IMG/VR virus record: IMGVR_UViG_3300044614_001341 | Coordinates: 32,001 to 96,000 of that record | From: a virus | Strand: one strand, 5' to 3' | Length of the DNA stretch: 64,000 nucleotides | Part shown: in pieces, positions 25,717-36,466 of the stretch | How positions within the stretch are numbered: the first letter of the stretch is position 1 | Layout of the letters: each line of letters begins with the position of its first letter | The notes under the pieces: model-generated | The model's database searches: none | Told to the model about the DNA's origin: nothing | The model's input: the letters and a program-made list of their open reading frames with translations, nothing else | Program-made: the position numbers and the translations under genes

Positions 25717-26126
25717 CGGTCATCAGGTGCTCTATTTTCCGAAAAGTATGAATCAAACGCACCCTCAGGATAACGCTTGAGAAGTTTTTGAACATTACGA
25801 GCAACAACATCATCGAGTGTAGTATCCAGTGCCATACAAGCCTGGGCAACATACCACATAATATCACCCAGTTCAATAATCAGGTGCTCACGATTATCCT
25901 CATTATAAGGTTTACCTTGAAACACCATCTTCTTAACAATCTCCATAAACTCACCACCTTCTGCATTAATACCAACAGCAGAAGTCAGAAGACGCTCAAT
26001 ATTTGCACCTTTCTCATCCAGTTCAACCAGGCGATCAGAAAGGGCAAGAAAGTCTTTAGATGCGTCAGAAGTTACGGCATCTACAAACTCAGCGTACTTA
26101 TCAAAATTAACGTGTTTAGTTTCCAT
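25713..26126 (-). CDS. mazG: MazG-like nucleotide pyrophosphohydrolase
   Basis: AEGGEFMEIVKK, ELGDIMWY, KLLKRYP. Confidence 0.92.
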   Translation of the reverse strand: METKHVNFDKYAEFVDAVTSDASKDFLALSDRLVELDEKGANIERLLTSAVGINAEGGEFMEIVKKMVFQGKPYNEDNREHLIIELGDIMWYVAQACMALDTTLDDVVARNVQKLLKRYPEGAFDSYFSENRAPDDR

Positions 26127-27505
26127 TAAAATTTAAATCCTTCAAATGACTTTTTGAGTTTCTTGTCTTCGTAATCATTATACTCGTCTTCGTTTCCAGA
26201 GTCAAGTATGTCTTTTTGTGCTGACTGTTCACAATCATACAGTCTCATTTTAGCACGATCAATACCCACAATAAAACGCTTAAAGATTGTTGGGTCATTA
26301 TAACGATTCTTCAATTGTTTCACCATAATCTGTCCCAATCCCTCCAACTCTTCAGTGCTAATAAGGGCAAACATAAGATCAGCAGTAGCAGGGAGACCAA
26401 AGGACTCACTAGTATCAGTAAGTTCAACATCAGAATTACCATAACCACTGCGGGTAGTCTGGGTAGCAGAGACAATGGGAACATTGAATTCCACTGCCAA
26501 ACCGCGAAGTTCCTCTGCAATTGACTTAATGTATGAATAAGAATTGATAGAACTGTTTGCCTTATGCCTAGAGGAAGCACAAATATTAAGGTAGTCAATG
26601 AAAATAATATCAGGTCGAAATGATTTCTTAAGAGCAAGTTCATTGAGAAGTGCCTTGAAATGTCCTGAGTGTGCAGAAGCGGTAGGATATTCTTTGATTA
26701 CCAAAGAACCTTGTGTCTTCTTTGCAATATTATTTACTTTATTTTCAAATGCCGAACGTGGGAGATCAACCAGTTGCTGAATCGGGACATTGAGAAGGTT
26801 TGCATCAATTCTTTCTGCAATTCGTTCTTCCGCCATCTCAAGAGTGATGTAGAGTACGTTCCTACCCTGTAGCAACGCGGCACTAGCAACGTGACACATG
26901 AACAACGATTTCCCAACACCCGTTCCAGCGAGAGCAATATTGAGAGTCTTGTTAGGTAAACCACCTTTCGTGATTTTGTTGAAATATTCCAAGTCAAACT
27001 CGATTTTATCTTCTTTACGGTGGTAAAATTCATAACGCTCTCCATAATTTTGAAGATAATCGTGTCCAATATTATTATCAAAAGATACTGCTAGAGCATC
27101 TGAAAGAATACTTGGAATAGCATCACGATTTTTCTTCCCATCATTACCATCGGCAATATGAATAGACTCCATAAGTGCTAGGTAAATGGCACGATCACGA
27201 CACCACTTTTCTGTGGTGTCAAGAATCCATTGCTTATCTACTATAGCATCGTTCAAAGATGCATTGATTTCTCGAATCTCCTTGACTTCAGTTTCATTGA
27301 GATCTGTGCGATTTTCTACCTCAATGTTGAGTGCTTCAATGGTGATTGCTGAACCATACTTAACAATGAATTGAACAATCTCCTCAAAAATGACCTTCTC
27401 CGCCTTTTGCTCAAAATAATCTGGTTGTATGAAAGGTATAACTTTTCGTGAGTAATCTTCATTAAATACAAGGTTCCTTAAAATAGTAGTTTCAATTCTT
27501 TCCAT
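26126..27505 (-). CDS. g41: replicative DNA helicase (T4 gp41)
   Basis: AGTGVGKS Walker A, LEMAEE, IDYLNI, ATQTTR, QLKNRY. Confidence 0.96.
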   Translation of the reverse strand: MERIETTILRNLVFNEDYSRKVIPFIQPDYFEQKAEKVIFEEIVQFIVKYGSAITIEALNIEVENRTDLNETEVKEIREINASLNDAIVDKQWILDTTEKWCRDRAIYLALMESIHIADGNDGKKNRDAIPSILSDALAVSFDNNIGHDYLQNYGERYEFYHRKEDKIEFDLEYFNKITKGGLPNKTLNIALAGTGVGKSLFMCHVASAALLQGRNVLYITLEMAEERIAERIDANLLNVPIQQLVDLPRSAFENKVNNIAKKTQGSLVIKEYPTASAHSGHFKALLNELALKKSFRPDIIFIDYLNICASSRHKANSSINSYSYIKSIAEELRGLAVEFNVPIVSATQTTRSGYGNSDVELTDTSESFGLPATADLMFALISTEELEGLGQIMVKQLKNRYNDPTIFKRFIVGIDRAKMRLYDCEQSAQKDILDSGNEDEYNDYEDKKLKKSFEGFKF

Positions 27506-28062
27506 TATTTGTAATGCAAATAGGCACTCATAATATACTTTGGACCACTGATAGAAGGTTCTCCCTTATGAGGAAACATCCAGAGTGGGGGAAACATAAT
27601 TAAGGTTCCCTGCTTTGGTTGAATTTGAACATCCTTAAAGACAGTTTGACCACCACTTTCAACATCATTCAAATACCACATAAACGATAAAAATCTGCGG
27701 GCGGTCCCATAGTCTATCACATCTACGTGAGTATCAAACTGATCAATACCATTTGGTTCGTATTTTTTAATACGAAATTGTTCTAGAGCGTGTTCTTCAG
27801 GAAATACACGCTTATCTACAAACTCGTAATACTTATCACGATACTCAAAAATCTTTTTAATGATGTGATTATGAACTTGATTAACTTCTGGTGTTAATTC
27901 ACGATTTTCTGTGAAATTAAATTGATTAAAATTAGGTTTCCCCTCATTATCATGACGCTCTTGTTTGTCAGGAACCTGATCAAATAAACTAATTAGAAAG
28001 TTGCATATATCAGGTTCAAGAGCATTTTCGTAAATATGAATAAAATCTCGAAGTTCATCCAT
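27505..28062 (-). CDS. 2OG-Fe(II) oxygenase
   Basis: HVD, YLNDVESGGQT, FPP.W.FPH, KY. Confidence 0.9.
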   Translation of the reverse strand: MDELRDFIHIYENALEPDICNFLISLFDQVPDKQERHDNEGKPNFNQFNFTENRELTPEVNQVHNHIIKKIFEYRDKYYEFVDKRVFPEEHALEQFRIKKYEPNGIDQFDTHVDVIDYGTARRFLSFMWYLNDVESGGQTVFKDVQIQPKQGTLIMFPPLWMFPHKGEPSISGPKYIMSAYLHYK

Positions 28063-29059
28063 AAGAGAATTCACCTTTAGCAATCACATCCAGTTTTTCC
28101 ATTACTTCTTCAGTAAAGTACTCTTTTGGATTTGCTAGAATTTGTTTGGCATAAATTTTCTTACCATCCATTTCATAACGTCCCGCAACATTCTTCCAGA
28201 GTCCGCCGAGTTCCCCGAGTTCCAAAAGACCATAATAGCGATCAAGACCGCGCTCATCATAAAATAGACGGACTTCAACTTGCTGGTTCTCCTTACTTAA
28301 ACGCGACTTAGCAGTCTTTGCCTTGATAATATTTCCAACGATTTCTGTTCCATCCTTTTCCTTTTTCTTTGAAAGGTAAATGATACTAGAAGCAGCATAC
28401 TTAAGACCACTACCACCACCCATCTCCTTAGTAGGAACATAAGCACCAATAACATCATAAGTGTGATTGGTTACAATCATAGGGATTTTTGCTTGACCAA
28501 GTTTCAAAGTAAGCATACGGAATGCACCTTTAATCAGTTGGGATTTGGTCATGTCACGAACTTCTTTATCATTCAAAGCATCATTAATCTCTTTACTTGT
28601 AGAAAGCATTCCCAAAGAGTCTAGAACAAACATACAAGGATTTCGTTCTCCCTCAGGTTTTTTCATATACATATCTACTGCTTTGAGTGCCGTTCCACGA
28701 AACTCTTCAACAGTAACAACATTGACAACCACAAGACGAGAAGTATCAATTCCACGGGATTCTAAAAGAGATTTAGTGATAGCAGCCTCAGTGTCAAAGT
28801 AGAGACAGTAACCATCGGGATGAGTATCAAGAAAGTTCTTAACCACGGCGAGAGAGAAAAAAGTCTTTCCAGTAGAAGACTCTCCAGCAATAGCAGTAAT
28901 CTTATTCCCAGATACACCACCAAATACACTACCTGAAACCAGTGCATTAAAAATGTATGAACCTGTATCAACATAAGTCTCTGTCTCATCAATGTCGGAA
29001 GCAAGTTGCGTATACTCACCACCAATTTCTTTTACAATATCTTTAAGAAAATCCATCAT
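28055..29059 (-). CDS. uvsX: RecA-like recombinase UvsX
   Basis: GESSTGKT, FDTE, LDSLG, TNHTY, MGGGSG. Confidence 0.95.
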   Translation of the reverse strand: MMDFLKDIVKEIGGEYTQLASDIDETETYVDTGSYIFNALVSGSVFGGVSGNKITAIAGESSTGKTFFSLAVVKNFLDTHPDGYCLYFDTEAAITKSLLESRGIDTSRLVVVNVVTVEEFRGTALKAVDMYMKKPEGERNPCMFVLDSLGMLSTSKEINDALNDKEVRDMTKSQLIKGAFRMLTLKLGQAKIPMIVTNHTYDVIGAYVPTKEMGGGSGLKYAASSIIYLSKKKEKDGTEIVGNIIKAKTAKSRLSKENQQVEVRLFYDERGLDRYYGLLELGELGGLWKNVAGRYEMDGKKIYAKQILANPKEYFTEEVMEKLDVIAKGEFSYG

Positions 29060-29196
29060 TCTTTCTCCATATTTTCATTTTTATCAATATAGTTCATTTT
29101 ATAAGTCCATAATTTTTGATAGAGTGCAGAATCTCCTCCCAATCTCATAGCACTAATAATCGTATTCAATTCTTTTTCGTTAATAGGCAAATCCAT
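29056..29196 (-). CDS. hypothetical protein (46 aa, MDLPINEKELNTII...)
   Basis: manually translated; coupled to g43 stop and uvsX start. Confidence 0.6.
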   Translation of the reverse strand: MDLPINEKELNTIISAMRLGGDSALYQKLWTYKMNYIDKNENMEKE

Positions 29197-31697
29197 CAGT
29201 TAAAAAATGACTCTAAGGTTGTTATATGTTCTGTTTTCCATCCAATTGCATCAAGAATGGACTTAAGTGGTTCAAGAAAACTTTTTTCAAATTGTAGTTC
29301 ATAGTCAATATATTTGTCAAGTCCAAGTTCCAAAGGAAAATCTTGAATGAAAGAGACAATATTTTCTTGAATAATATTTGGTTTTTTGAGGTAGATAAAT
29401 TTAATCTTTTCCCCATTACCAATAAGTGAATATTTATTGGTGAGTTTTTTCTCTTTAATATAATGATTAAAGAGAAGTGCTCCACGAATATGAATTGGTG
29501 TTCCCTTCATATAAATGTCAGAATGGGAATGATATTTACGAACATCTGAGGCAGTTCTTGGAAAAGCAATCTGCTCTGGTGGCAGTTTTTTGAAGTCAGA
29601 ACGACACTTATCAATAAACTTAATCACCTGTTCTTCAGTTCCACTCATCATTAGTTTCAGACCATCTTTAATCATCTGGCGACAAGGAGCAGGTGTGGAG
29701 GATTTAACTGCCTCAATACCCATCATCTTCAGTTTAGGTTCTTCATAACGAACACCCTCACTATCCCAAACATTGAGAATATACCGCTTTTTGGCAGTCC
29801 AGATTCCACGGTCAGCAATATTCTCCCGCTTCATCTGCATCTTTTGGTCATATGCATTCACATAATCCGCCAGTTCTTGGTAGCAACTTTCAATATATTT
29901 TTCAAGTTCCACCTTAGCGACCTTATCAAGGAACGAAACAACGCTTTCAGTAGTTTTTTCTCTTCCCTTGTATACAGTTTCAACCAAAGGACCCATATTG
30001 AGATAAATGGAATCAGTATCAGAAGCAATAACATAATCTACCTCTTTAGTTTTTAGAAGTTTATTGAGATAAGTATTCATTTTTTCTTCTATCCAACGAA
30101 TAGCAACTTGCCCAGAAAGAGTAATTGCCTCAGCATTCGCTAATTTAAAGTAACGAAAATACTGATTACCAATAGCACCATAGGCAGAGTTAAGTTGAAT
30201 CTTTCTTGCCATTTGGATATTGTTACATCTAGCAATCTCCTTCTCAAGTTCCTTTGTCTTTTTCTTTTCATACTCCTGTTTAGCAGCAAGCATCTTCTTT
30301 TTGTAAATGGTGCGATCTTCATAGATCTTTTCCATCAACTCTGGAAGAAATCCCCGAACATCTTTACGATACATTGCCCCATTAGCACATACCGCATAGT
30401 CCTTATACATTTCAAATGTGAGTTGTTTGTTAAGGATCTTATCGACACTAACAGATGGGTGCCTTTCTTCTACCAAAGTTTCTGGTGAAATATTATAACC
30501 CATAATCAGGTGAGGATACAGTGAGTTAAGGTCAAAGTTCACAACCCAATCATACACCCCAGGAATCGGTTCTTTTACATAAGCACCAGCATACTTAGAA
30601 TCTTTATCAGACCTCACGTTTGGAGGAATCACAATATTCTTCTTTTTCAGATAGTTGTAGATAATTGTATCCCACATACGAACCTGAGAGAAAACATCAG
30701 CATAGTTTGCCTTAGCATCATACGCCATCGTCAAAGCAAGTTCAATGAGTTTCATCTTGTCTTCCAAACGGTCAACAAGTTCTACGTCAATGATGTTGTA
30801 TTCTACAAACTTCTGCCAACCTTTGGTGTAGAAATCTTTGAACGTATCAAACTCACTGTGATCTAACTTTTTCTGACCAAGTTCTACATTTGCAATGTGG
30901 TCAAGACGATAAGATTCCTGTGCCTTATAAGTAAACTTCTTATAAAGATTCAGATAATCAAGTTGACTTACTCCACCAATATCATAGGAAATATGCTTAC
31001 GCCCAGAGATGAATGTTTCACTTTCAGTTACCAATCCCCATGGAGACATACGCTTCATGAGTTTTTCTCCCAGAACACGATCTATACGACGAACCAAGTA
31101 TGGGATATCATATAATTCACTATTCCAACCAGTAATGACTTCAGGTGTATTCTCCTCAATCATCCACCAATTAATAAAGTCGTTCAACAAATCATGCTCA
31201 TTTGTAAAAGAACGATATTTTACATTACTCTGTTGATTATTGAACTTACCAAGACCCCAAGTAAGAATCTGTTTTGTATTATAATCTTGAAGTGTAATGA
31301 GCAACACTTCTTCAGCGGCACTTTCCACATCAGGGAATCCATTCTCGGATGCAACCTCAATATCAATTGTTGTTACTTTGATTTTATTAATATCAAACTT
31401 AACTTCATCTTCAGGATAAGTTTCGGAAATATATTGATAGATGTATCGGTCATTTCCATGAATTGAAAATCCTTGAACATCAGTATATTTCTTAATAAAT
31501 TCTCTACATTCTCTTACTGTTCCAGGTTGAATTGGTTCAACACATTCACCATTCAGAGTTTTATATTCAGTATTCTTTTTTGAAGGAACAAAAAGAGTCG
31601 GGTAAAACTTCTCACGGGTCATGAAATGTTTACCATTTTCATAACCACGGACCAAGAAGTGGTCCCCGACCATCTGGACATTTGTATAAAATCGCAT
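29196..31697 (-). CDS. g43: family B DNA polymerase (T4 gp43)
   Basis: DIEV exo I, DLNSLYP, KIQLNSAYG, SDTDS, KKRY. Confidence 0.97.
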   Translation of the reverse strand: MRFYTNVQMVGDHFLVRGYENGKHFMTREKFYPTLFVPSKKNTEYKTLNGECVEPIQPGTVRECREFIKKYTDVQGFSIHGNDRYIYQYISETYPEDEVKFDINKIKVTTIDIEVASENGFPDVESAAEEVLLITLQDYNTKQILTWGLGKFNNQQSNVKYRSFTNEHDLLNDFINWWMIEENTPEVITGWNSELYDIPYLVRRIDRVLGEKLMKRMSPWGLVTESETFISGRKHISYDIGGVSQLDYLNLYKKFTYKAQESYRLDHIANVELGQKKLDHSEFDTFKDFYTKGWQKFVEYNIIDVELVDRLEDKMKLIELALTMAYDAKANYADVFSQVRMWDTIIYNYLKKKNIVIPPNVRSDKDSKYAGAYVKEPIPGVYDWVVNFDLNSLYPHLIMGYNISPETLVEERHPSVSVDKILNKQLTFEMYKDYAVCANGAMYRKDVRGFLPELMEKIYEDRTIYKKKMLAAKQEYEKKKTKELEKEIARCNNIQMARKIQLNSAYGAIGNQYFRYFKLANAEAITLSGQVAIRWIEEKMNTYLNKLLKTKEVDYVIASDTDSIYLNMGPLVETVYKGREKTTESVVSFLDKVAKVELEKYIESCYQELADYVNAYDQKMQMKRENIADRGIWTAKKRYILNVWDSEGVRYEEPKLKMMGIEAVKSSTPAPCRQMIKDGLKLMMSGTEEQVIKFIDKCRSDFKKLPPEQIAFPRTASDVRKYHSHSDIYMKGTPIHIRGALLFNHYIKEKKLTNKYSLIGNGEKIKFIYLKKPNIIQENIVSFIQDFPLELGLDKYIDYELQFEKSFLEPLKSILDAIGWKTEHITTLESFFN

Positions 31698-31951
31698 TAT
31701 GCAGTCAATTCAAGATACTTTTCAACAATTTCTGGTTTAGGATTTACAATAGTAAGAATACTATCGGAGTGAATCATCATTTCTGTTTGGTCAGATACAT
31801 CTGGCCAAGGAGTTAAATTTCCCTCAGCATCAATTTTATAGGGATTAATTAGTTTACAATCTGGTTCTCCAAGTTCAGAACCAACTTCAATAATCTCAGT
31901 GACAATTACATTGTCAACCTTCAGTAAAAGACACTTCACTGTTTTCGACAT
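31697..31951 (-). CDS. hypothetical protein (Sm-like fold plausible)
   Basis: 84 aa, GEPDCKLINPY. Confidence 0.7.
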   Translation of the reverse strand: MSKTVKCLLLKVDNVIVTEIIEVGSELGEPDCKLINPYKIDAEGNLTPWPDVSDQTEMMIHSDSILTIVNPKPEIVEKYLELTA

Positions 31952-32246
31952 TTACTTTTTCCTCATACATTTCTTTAATAGTTTGAATTGGTTCTACAAT
32001 CGTAACAACCCAATCTGGCGGAACTGGTATTTGTTCATCGCTGGTTAGAATAATCCAAGGAGACAAAGAAATTTCTAAATCACCTTTTGAATTTTCATTT
32101 TCTTCTACCAACAAAAATGCCTTTCTCGTCTCTATTTTATGAGGTTTCGTAAGTAGATACCCACATATCTTATCACCAGAAATCAATTCTTTGGCATCAG
32201 AAATAACAGTTTCACCAGACTTTAATAGTACTAACTTGATTGACAT
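31914..32246 (-). CDS. hypothetical protein (Sm-like fold plausible)
   Basis: IKLVLLKSGETVI...PW...VVTIVEP. Confidence 0.75.
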   Translation of the reverse strand: MSIKLVLLKSGETVISDAKELISGDKICGYLLTKPHKIETRKAFLLVEENENSKGDLEISLSPWIILTSDEQIPVPPDWVVTIVEPIQTIKEMYEEKVNVENSEVSFTEG

Positions 32247-32344
32247 TTTACGATGTACTCTTCGATCATTATAGCAAAAAAATGGGGGAGCGTCAAACTG
32301 GATTGTGCCAGTTGCTCCCCTGCGGCGACGATATTCAGTTCTAT

Positions 32345-32524
32345 TTAGTCGCCACCAGAATCACCAGAAGATCCTCCAGAACCACTATCAGTATTGAGAG
32401 CACAAACTTTCTTTTTGGGTGCCATAGCATATTTCACAGTTTTACCATAGCAATTTTCTTTTGTTGGTAAAGGAGGATTTCCAAAATCCCCAACTTTTTC
32501 CATAAACTGCTGAAAAGTTTTCAT
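32345..32524 (-). CDS. small protein with capsid-targeting-like N-terminus (MKTFQQFMEK..., 59 aa)
   Basis: manually translated; late promoter CTAAATA upstream. Confidence 0.6.
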   Translation of the reverse strand: MKTFQQFMEKVGDFGNPPLPTKENCYGKTVKYAMAPKKKVCALNTDSGSGGSSGDSGGD

Positions 32525-32547
32525 TGCCCAACTAAGTTTTTTTCTAT

Positions 32548-32988
32548 TTAGAGATAGTCCTTACGAGTATGATGCTCTGGTACTATTTTCCCAAGTACGA
32601 TCCGTAAAAGTCCGTCTTCAAATGTGACTTCGCGAACTTCTGTGTCGTCGGATAAAGTCCACGCTCGTTTAAAACTTCTGCTAGCCACTCCCTTGTGGAT
32701 AAACGTCCTATCCGTTTCGGCATTTGATTTTTGTCCTTCGACAAAAAGCTTTCCATATTCTGTGAAAACATTGACCTCTCCCTTCTTGAATCCTGCTAAT
32801 GCAATCTCTAAGTGAGACTCTACATTATTTACCTGAATAAGATTGTAGGGGGGATAGTTTGTTGTAGTTTCGTGAAGATTAAATAAACGATCAAAATATT
32901 CATCCATTCCAATACTATTGCGAGTGATTCTTTCCATCAAAGCAGGAAGATCCGCAGCAGTAAACCGTGATGTTGCAAGGTTAGTCAT
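32548..32988 (-). CDS. hsp20: small heat-shock protein
   Basis: NYPPYNL, EIALAGF, FEDGLL. Confidence 0.93.
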   Translation of the reverse strand: MTNLATSRFTAADLPALMERITRNSIGMDEYFDRLFNLHETTTNYPPYNLIQVNNVESHLEIALAGFKKGEVNVFTEYGKLFVEGQKSNAETDRTFIHKGVASRSFKRAWTLSDDTEVREVTFEDGLLRIVLGKIVPEHHTRKDYL

Positions 32989-33065
32989 TATGGTAGCTCC
33001 TTAAAAAGCGAGTTTGTTTTTTGTGGACCCTTTCGGCATCCGTATATAATTATAACACTTTACAT

Positions 33066-33089
33066 AAAAAAGGCGGGTGTAAAACCCGC
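33066..33089 (-). terminator. Rho-independent terminator after regA
   Basis: GCGGGT-TTTAC-ACCCGC followed by T tract. Confidence 0.75.
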
Positions 33090-33095
33090 TCTTTT

Positions 33096-33536
33096 TCATT
33101 CGGCATCCTCCACCTTTTTCTTTTTAGCACCAATATTATACTTGGTCTCTAAAATCCAATCTCCCTTATCCTTATAGGCAAGAACTTTAATTTGATTCAG
33201 GGGAGCAATATCCTGAATCTTTTTAACATCAACAATCTCAATCAAACCCCAATCAGCGAGAAGTTGAGCGATACGATTGCGACGTTGCACATCATTCACA
33301 GTCAGGTTAGCGTGTTTGCCATCCAGAGCAAACAGTTCCTTAAAGTGAACGAGATAATACCTACCTTGCTTGTGTAGAATATGGCAAGACTGATAGATTT
33401 TCTTTTCCTTTCTTGAAGCAACTCCGATACGGGTCAAAGTCTCACGAACCTTAAGAAAATCATCAGGTTCATTAAGGATCACTTCCACCATTTGGTCGGG
33501 CGCCCACTTCACTTCAGGTTCTTGAACGACACTCAT
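33096..33536 (-). CDS. regA: translational repressor RegA
   Basis: DDFLKVRETLTRIG, QSCHILHKQG.YY.VHFKE. Confidence 0.96.
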   Translation of the reverse strand: MSVVQEPEVKWAPDQMVEVILNEPDDFLKVRETLTRIGVASRKEKKIYQSCHILHKQGRYYLVHFKELFALDGKHANLTVNDVQRRNRIAQLLADWGLIEIVDVKKIQDIAPLNQIKVLAYKDKGDWILETKYNIGAKKKKVEDAE

Positions 33537-33913
33537 TTTGTTCCTCCAGTTTCAAATTTCGATTTAATAAATGTTAGTTGTTCTTTAGTAAGAATCCTCA
33601 AAGCTTGTTTTGCCTTCTCATTACTATAACCATAATAACGTTTGACATAATCAAGGTCTTTGATTTTATCTTGACGGAGCCAGGGAGAAAATCTCTTCTT
33701 TTTCCTCAGACTATTTATATAAAAGTCATATTGCATCTTTTTTGGGAGGAAATGATATTGATTCATTTCATTTGCATACATCAAACAATCAATGTGCCCA
33801 GAAAAGCAGCGATTGATAATATAGGGTGCATATTCCTTCTCAAGTGAAGGGTCTTCGTCAATCAGGTGCTGTTTCGTTTGATTGATCGAGTTTAACCAGT
33901 CCTTCAATTCCAT
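33533..33913 (-). CDS. g62: clamp loader small subunit (gp62)
   Basis: WLNSIN, ANEMN, QYDFYINSLRK.KRFSPW; start reassigned to 33913. Confidence 0.9.
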   Translation of the reverse strand: MELKDWLNSINQTKQHLIDEDPSLEKEYAPYIINRCFSGHIDCLMYANEMNQYHFLPKKMQYDFYINSLRKKKRFSPWLRQDKIKDLDYVKRYYGYSNEKAKQALRILTKEQLTFIKSKFETGGTK

Positions 33914-34730
33914 AATTAAAAAGCAAGAGTTCTTTACGTTGTTTTTGCTCACGCATATATTCACCAACGGAACGCATCGTGTAAGTTAGATCAAACTCAG
34001 CAGCGTTCCAGTTCTTAAATCTATCTTTTACAAGTTGATCCGAATTATAACTGATTAACTGGTCCATATCATTAGAATCACAATCAGCAGCAAACTTATC
34101 GTGATCAAATCTTTTGTGCATTGATCCCTTATTCCCATAGAGATTGTCCTTAATATCATAAGGAGGATCGAGATACATAAAAGCACTCTTGTTTCCATCC
34201 ATTAGATAATCATACGAGTAATTAGTTATACGCCAATTAGCGATTAACTTAGAATACTCTGACAATTTTTCAATTCCTCTCAGGGAAAAATTGGAGTTAC
34301 TTGCTTGCCCTGAAAAAGATGAACTTTCGGTAAGACCACTAAAAGAACATTTGTTAACAATATAGAAAGCGACAGCACGATTAAAGTTCGTTTCAGACTC
34401 ATCATTGATATGCTCCTTTGATTTTAAAAAAAGTTCTTTAGCAAGTTCAGGAGTATTGTAGGCAAGTTTACAATCAACTAGTTCGTTCTTTAAATCATTC
34501 CCAAACATCTGGAGTTGTTGCCAGAAGTTTACAAGAGGTTCATAGAGATCGTTTACCCAAATATCCAAACTGGGATACTTTTTAGTAATATATATCGCAA
34601 CACTTCCACCACCAATAAATGGTTCACGAAATTCATCATAGTTCCGTAGGTCTGGAAAGTATGGACCCATCTTTTCACAAGCACGGGACTTTCCGCCAGG
34701 GTAGCGTAACGGGGTTTTAAGAGATTTCAT
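33858..34730 (-). CDS. dam: DNA adenine methyltransferase (Dam/D12 class)
   Basis: LRYPGGKS, EPFIGGGSV, YLDPPY. Confidence 0.9.
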   Translation of the reverse strand: MKSLKTPLRYPGGKSRACEKMGPYFPDLRNYDEFREPFIGGGSVAIYITKKYPSLDIWVNDLYEPLVNFWQQLQMFGNDLKNELVDCKLAYNTPELAKELFLKSKEHINDESETNFNRAVAFYIVNKCSFSGLTESSSFSGQASNSNFSLRGIEKLSEYSKLIANWRITNYSYDYLMDGNKSAFMYLDPPYDIKDNLYGNKGSMHKRFDHDKFAADCDSNDMDQLISYNSDQLVKDRFKNWNAAEFDLTYTMRSVGEYMREQKQRKELLLFNYGIEGLVKLDQSNETAPD

Positions 34731-34926
34731 AATCAGGTTTGTTATACTTCAAGTATTCAAAGAAAGTGAGTTTCATTTCTTTTTGAGTCATCCCACAATG
34801 CTTTGCTGCTTGTGGCAGATTCATTTTAGAATAAAAGAGTGCCTCATTTGCCTCTTTTACATTTTCAGGGGTTGTTTTCACTGGAACTTCTTTAAGAAGT
34901 TTATCATCAATTTTATAGGGGTTCAT
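34717..34926 (-). CDS. hypothetical protein with HTH-like segment
   Basis: NLPQAAKHCGMT. Confidence 0.65.
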   Translation of the reverse strand: MNPYKIDDKLLKEVPVKTTPENVKEANEALFYSKMNLPQAAKHCGMTQKEMKLTFFEYLKYNKPDYEIS

Positions 34927-35879
34927 TGGAATTCACACTCTGCCATAATTTCAATCAGTGCTGCTAGGAGATTAATTTCTTGGTCAGCCACAAAACAAAT
35001 TTGGTATTGATACTTAGCAATAATAAGAACGGCAGCGGGGATAGACTGGGGAAGTAGAACACTATAAAGGGCGTCATAAACCCTGCGAAGAATGATAGAA
35101 GAATCGTTGTCCAAGTTGGCGACCACCCACTTTCGGACTTCTGTGAAATTTTTTTCTTTGATGTATTTAATGAGATCATTTACGGCAATGTCAGAGAAGG
35201 ATGCAAGAATACCAGAGTCAATTTCTCCACCAACAGAATAACGTTGGCATTCATTGAGAACTCGCCTAAAATCAGGAAAATGCTTGGATATCAGTTCGGC
35301 AAGAACTTTTGAATCATATTTAATTCTTTCATTATCAAGAATATTTTGCAATCTTTTGAAAAAAGAACCTGCTAATTGTGCCTTCTCTTTACCCTTTACA
35401 CTAAAATCAACAACAGCACATCGGGAATGAAGAGGTTCAATAATTTTATTTTTGTAGTTACAGGTAAAGATAAATCTACAATTATTGTAAAATGTTTCAA
35501 TATTTGCTCTTAGCAAAAGTTGAACATCATTACCCGTATTGTCCGCCTCATCTATAATAATAACTTTATGTTTAGAATCTGCTGTTAGTGAAACTGTTGA
35601 TGCAAAGTTTTTTGCCTGATTCCTTACAGTATCAAGAAAACGACCTTCATCAGAACCATTAATTACATAATAATCTGCACCCAATTGATTACAAAGTGCT
35701 TTTGCAATTGTAGTTTTACCAATACCAGGAGGTCCAGAAAGAAGAAGATTTGGAATCTCGCCCTTACTGACAAAATCATTAAATGTTTTCTTTGTATCAT
35801 CTGGAAGAATACAATCATCAATAGTTTGAGGTCTGTATTTTTCTACGAACAAAAATGAATTGTTATCGCTCATAATCAA
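34923..35879 (-). CDS. g44: clamp loader large subunit (gp44)
   Basis: EKYRP, GPPGIGKTT, IDEAD, PLHSRC. Confidence 0.95.
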   Translation of the reverse strand: MIMSDNNSFLFVEKYRPQTIDDCILPDDTKKTFNDFVSKGEIPNLLLSGPPGIGKTTIAKALCNQLGADYYVINGSDEGRFLDTVRNQAKNFASTVSLTADSKHKVIIIDEADNTGNDVQLLLRANIETFYNNCRFIFTCNYKNKIIEPLHSRCAVVDFSVKGKEKAQLAGSFFKRLQNILDNERIKYDSKVLAELISKHFPDFRRVLNECQRYSVGGEIDSGILASFSDIAVNDLIKYIKEKNFTEVRKWVVANLDNDSSIILRRVYDALYSVLLPQSIPAAVLIIAKYQYQICFVADQEINLLAALIEIMAECEFQ

Positions 35880-35889
35880 AATAAAAAGT

Positions 35890-36423
35890 TCAAAGGTAAT
35901 AATAGTTTGCGAATGATTTACTTCTCATTCTCCAACTTACAGTATCTTTATGGATACCAAGTATTGTAGCACATTCTTTTACAGATTCATAAATCACACC
36001 ATCAACATAGCATTTTTTTCCCATAGATTTTGAAAGATTTTTTTTATGCTCTTCAGTAAAGGGAACTCCTTTTCTTGGATGAGAATTTTTAGACCAATAT
36101 TCTTTTTGGGACTTACGCATTTTATCAATAGAATCTTTTGTGTGCTTCGTTCCCCACAAAGAATTCAAAGAAGGATTTAACCATTCGCAGTATTGTTGTT
36201 CCACGGATTTAATGTCTTCACCTTCGTGAATCCATTTGACAACTTCAATAGTAAAATTATGATATCCATATTTTAAAAAATTGTTATAAAGTTTAGGACA
36301 ATCCATTTTATTACTATTACACATTGTTATATGTTTAGCAAATCTAAGCATATAATTCTTTTCAGTAGAACCTATGTAATTTTCTCCTGTTATTTTGTTT
36401 CTTATTTGATAAACGCAACTCAT
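35890..36423 (-). CDS. free-standing GIY-YIG homing endonuclease (NUMOD3)
   Basis: VYQIRNKITGENYIGST, HTKDSI/FTEEHK repeats, terminal HTH. Confidence 0.85.
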   Translation of the reverse strand: MSCVYQIRNKITGENYIGSTEKNYMLRFAKHITMCNSNKMDCPKLYNNFLKYGYHNFTIEVVKWIHEGEDIKSVEQQYCEWLNPSLNSLWGTKHTKDSIDKMRKSQKEYWSKNSHPRKGVPFTEEHKKNLSKSMGKKCYVDGVIYESVKECATILGIHKDTVSWRMRSKSFANYYYL

Positions 36424-36466
36424 TTACTAAACCTCGTAATATAATACTATTTAGTAAATGAATTAT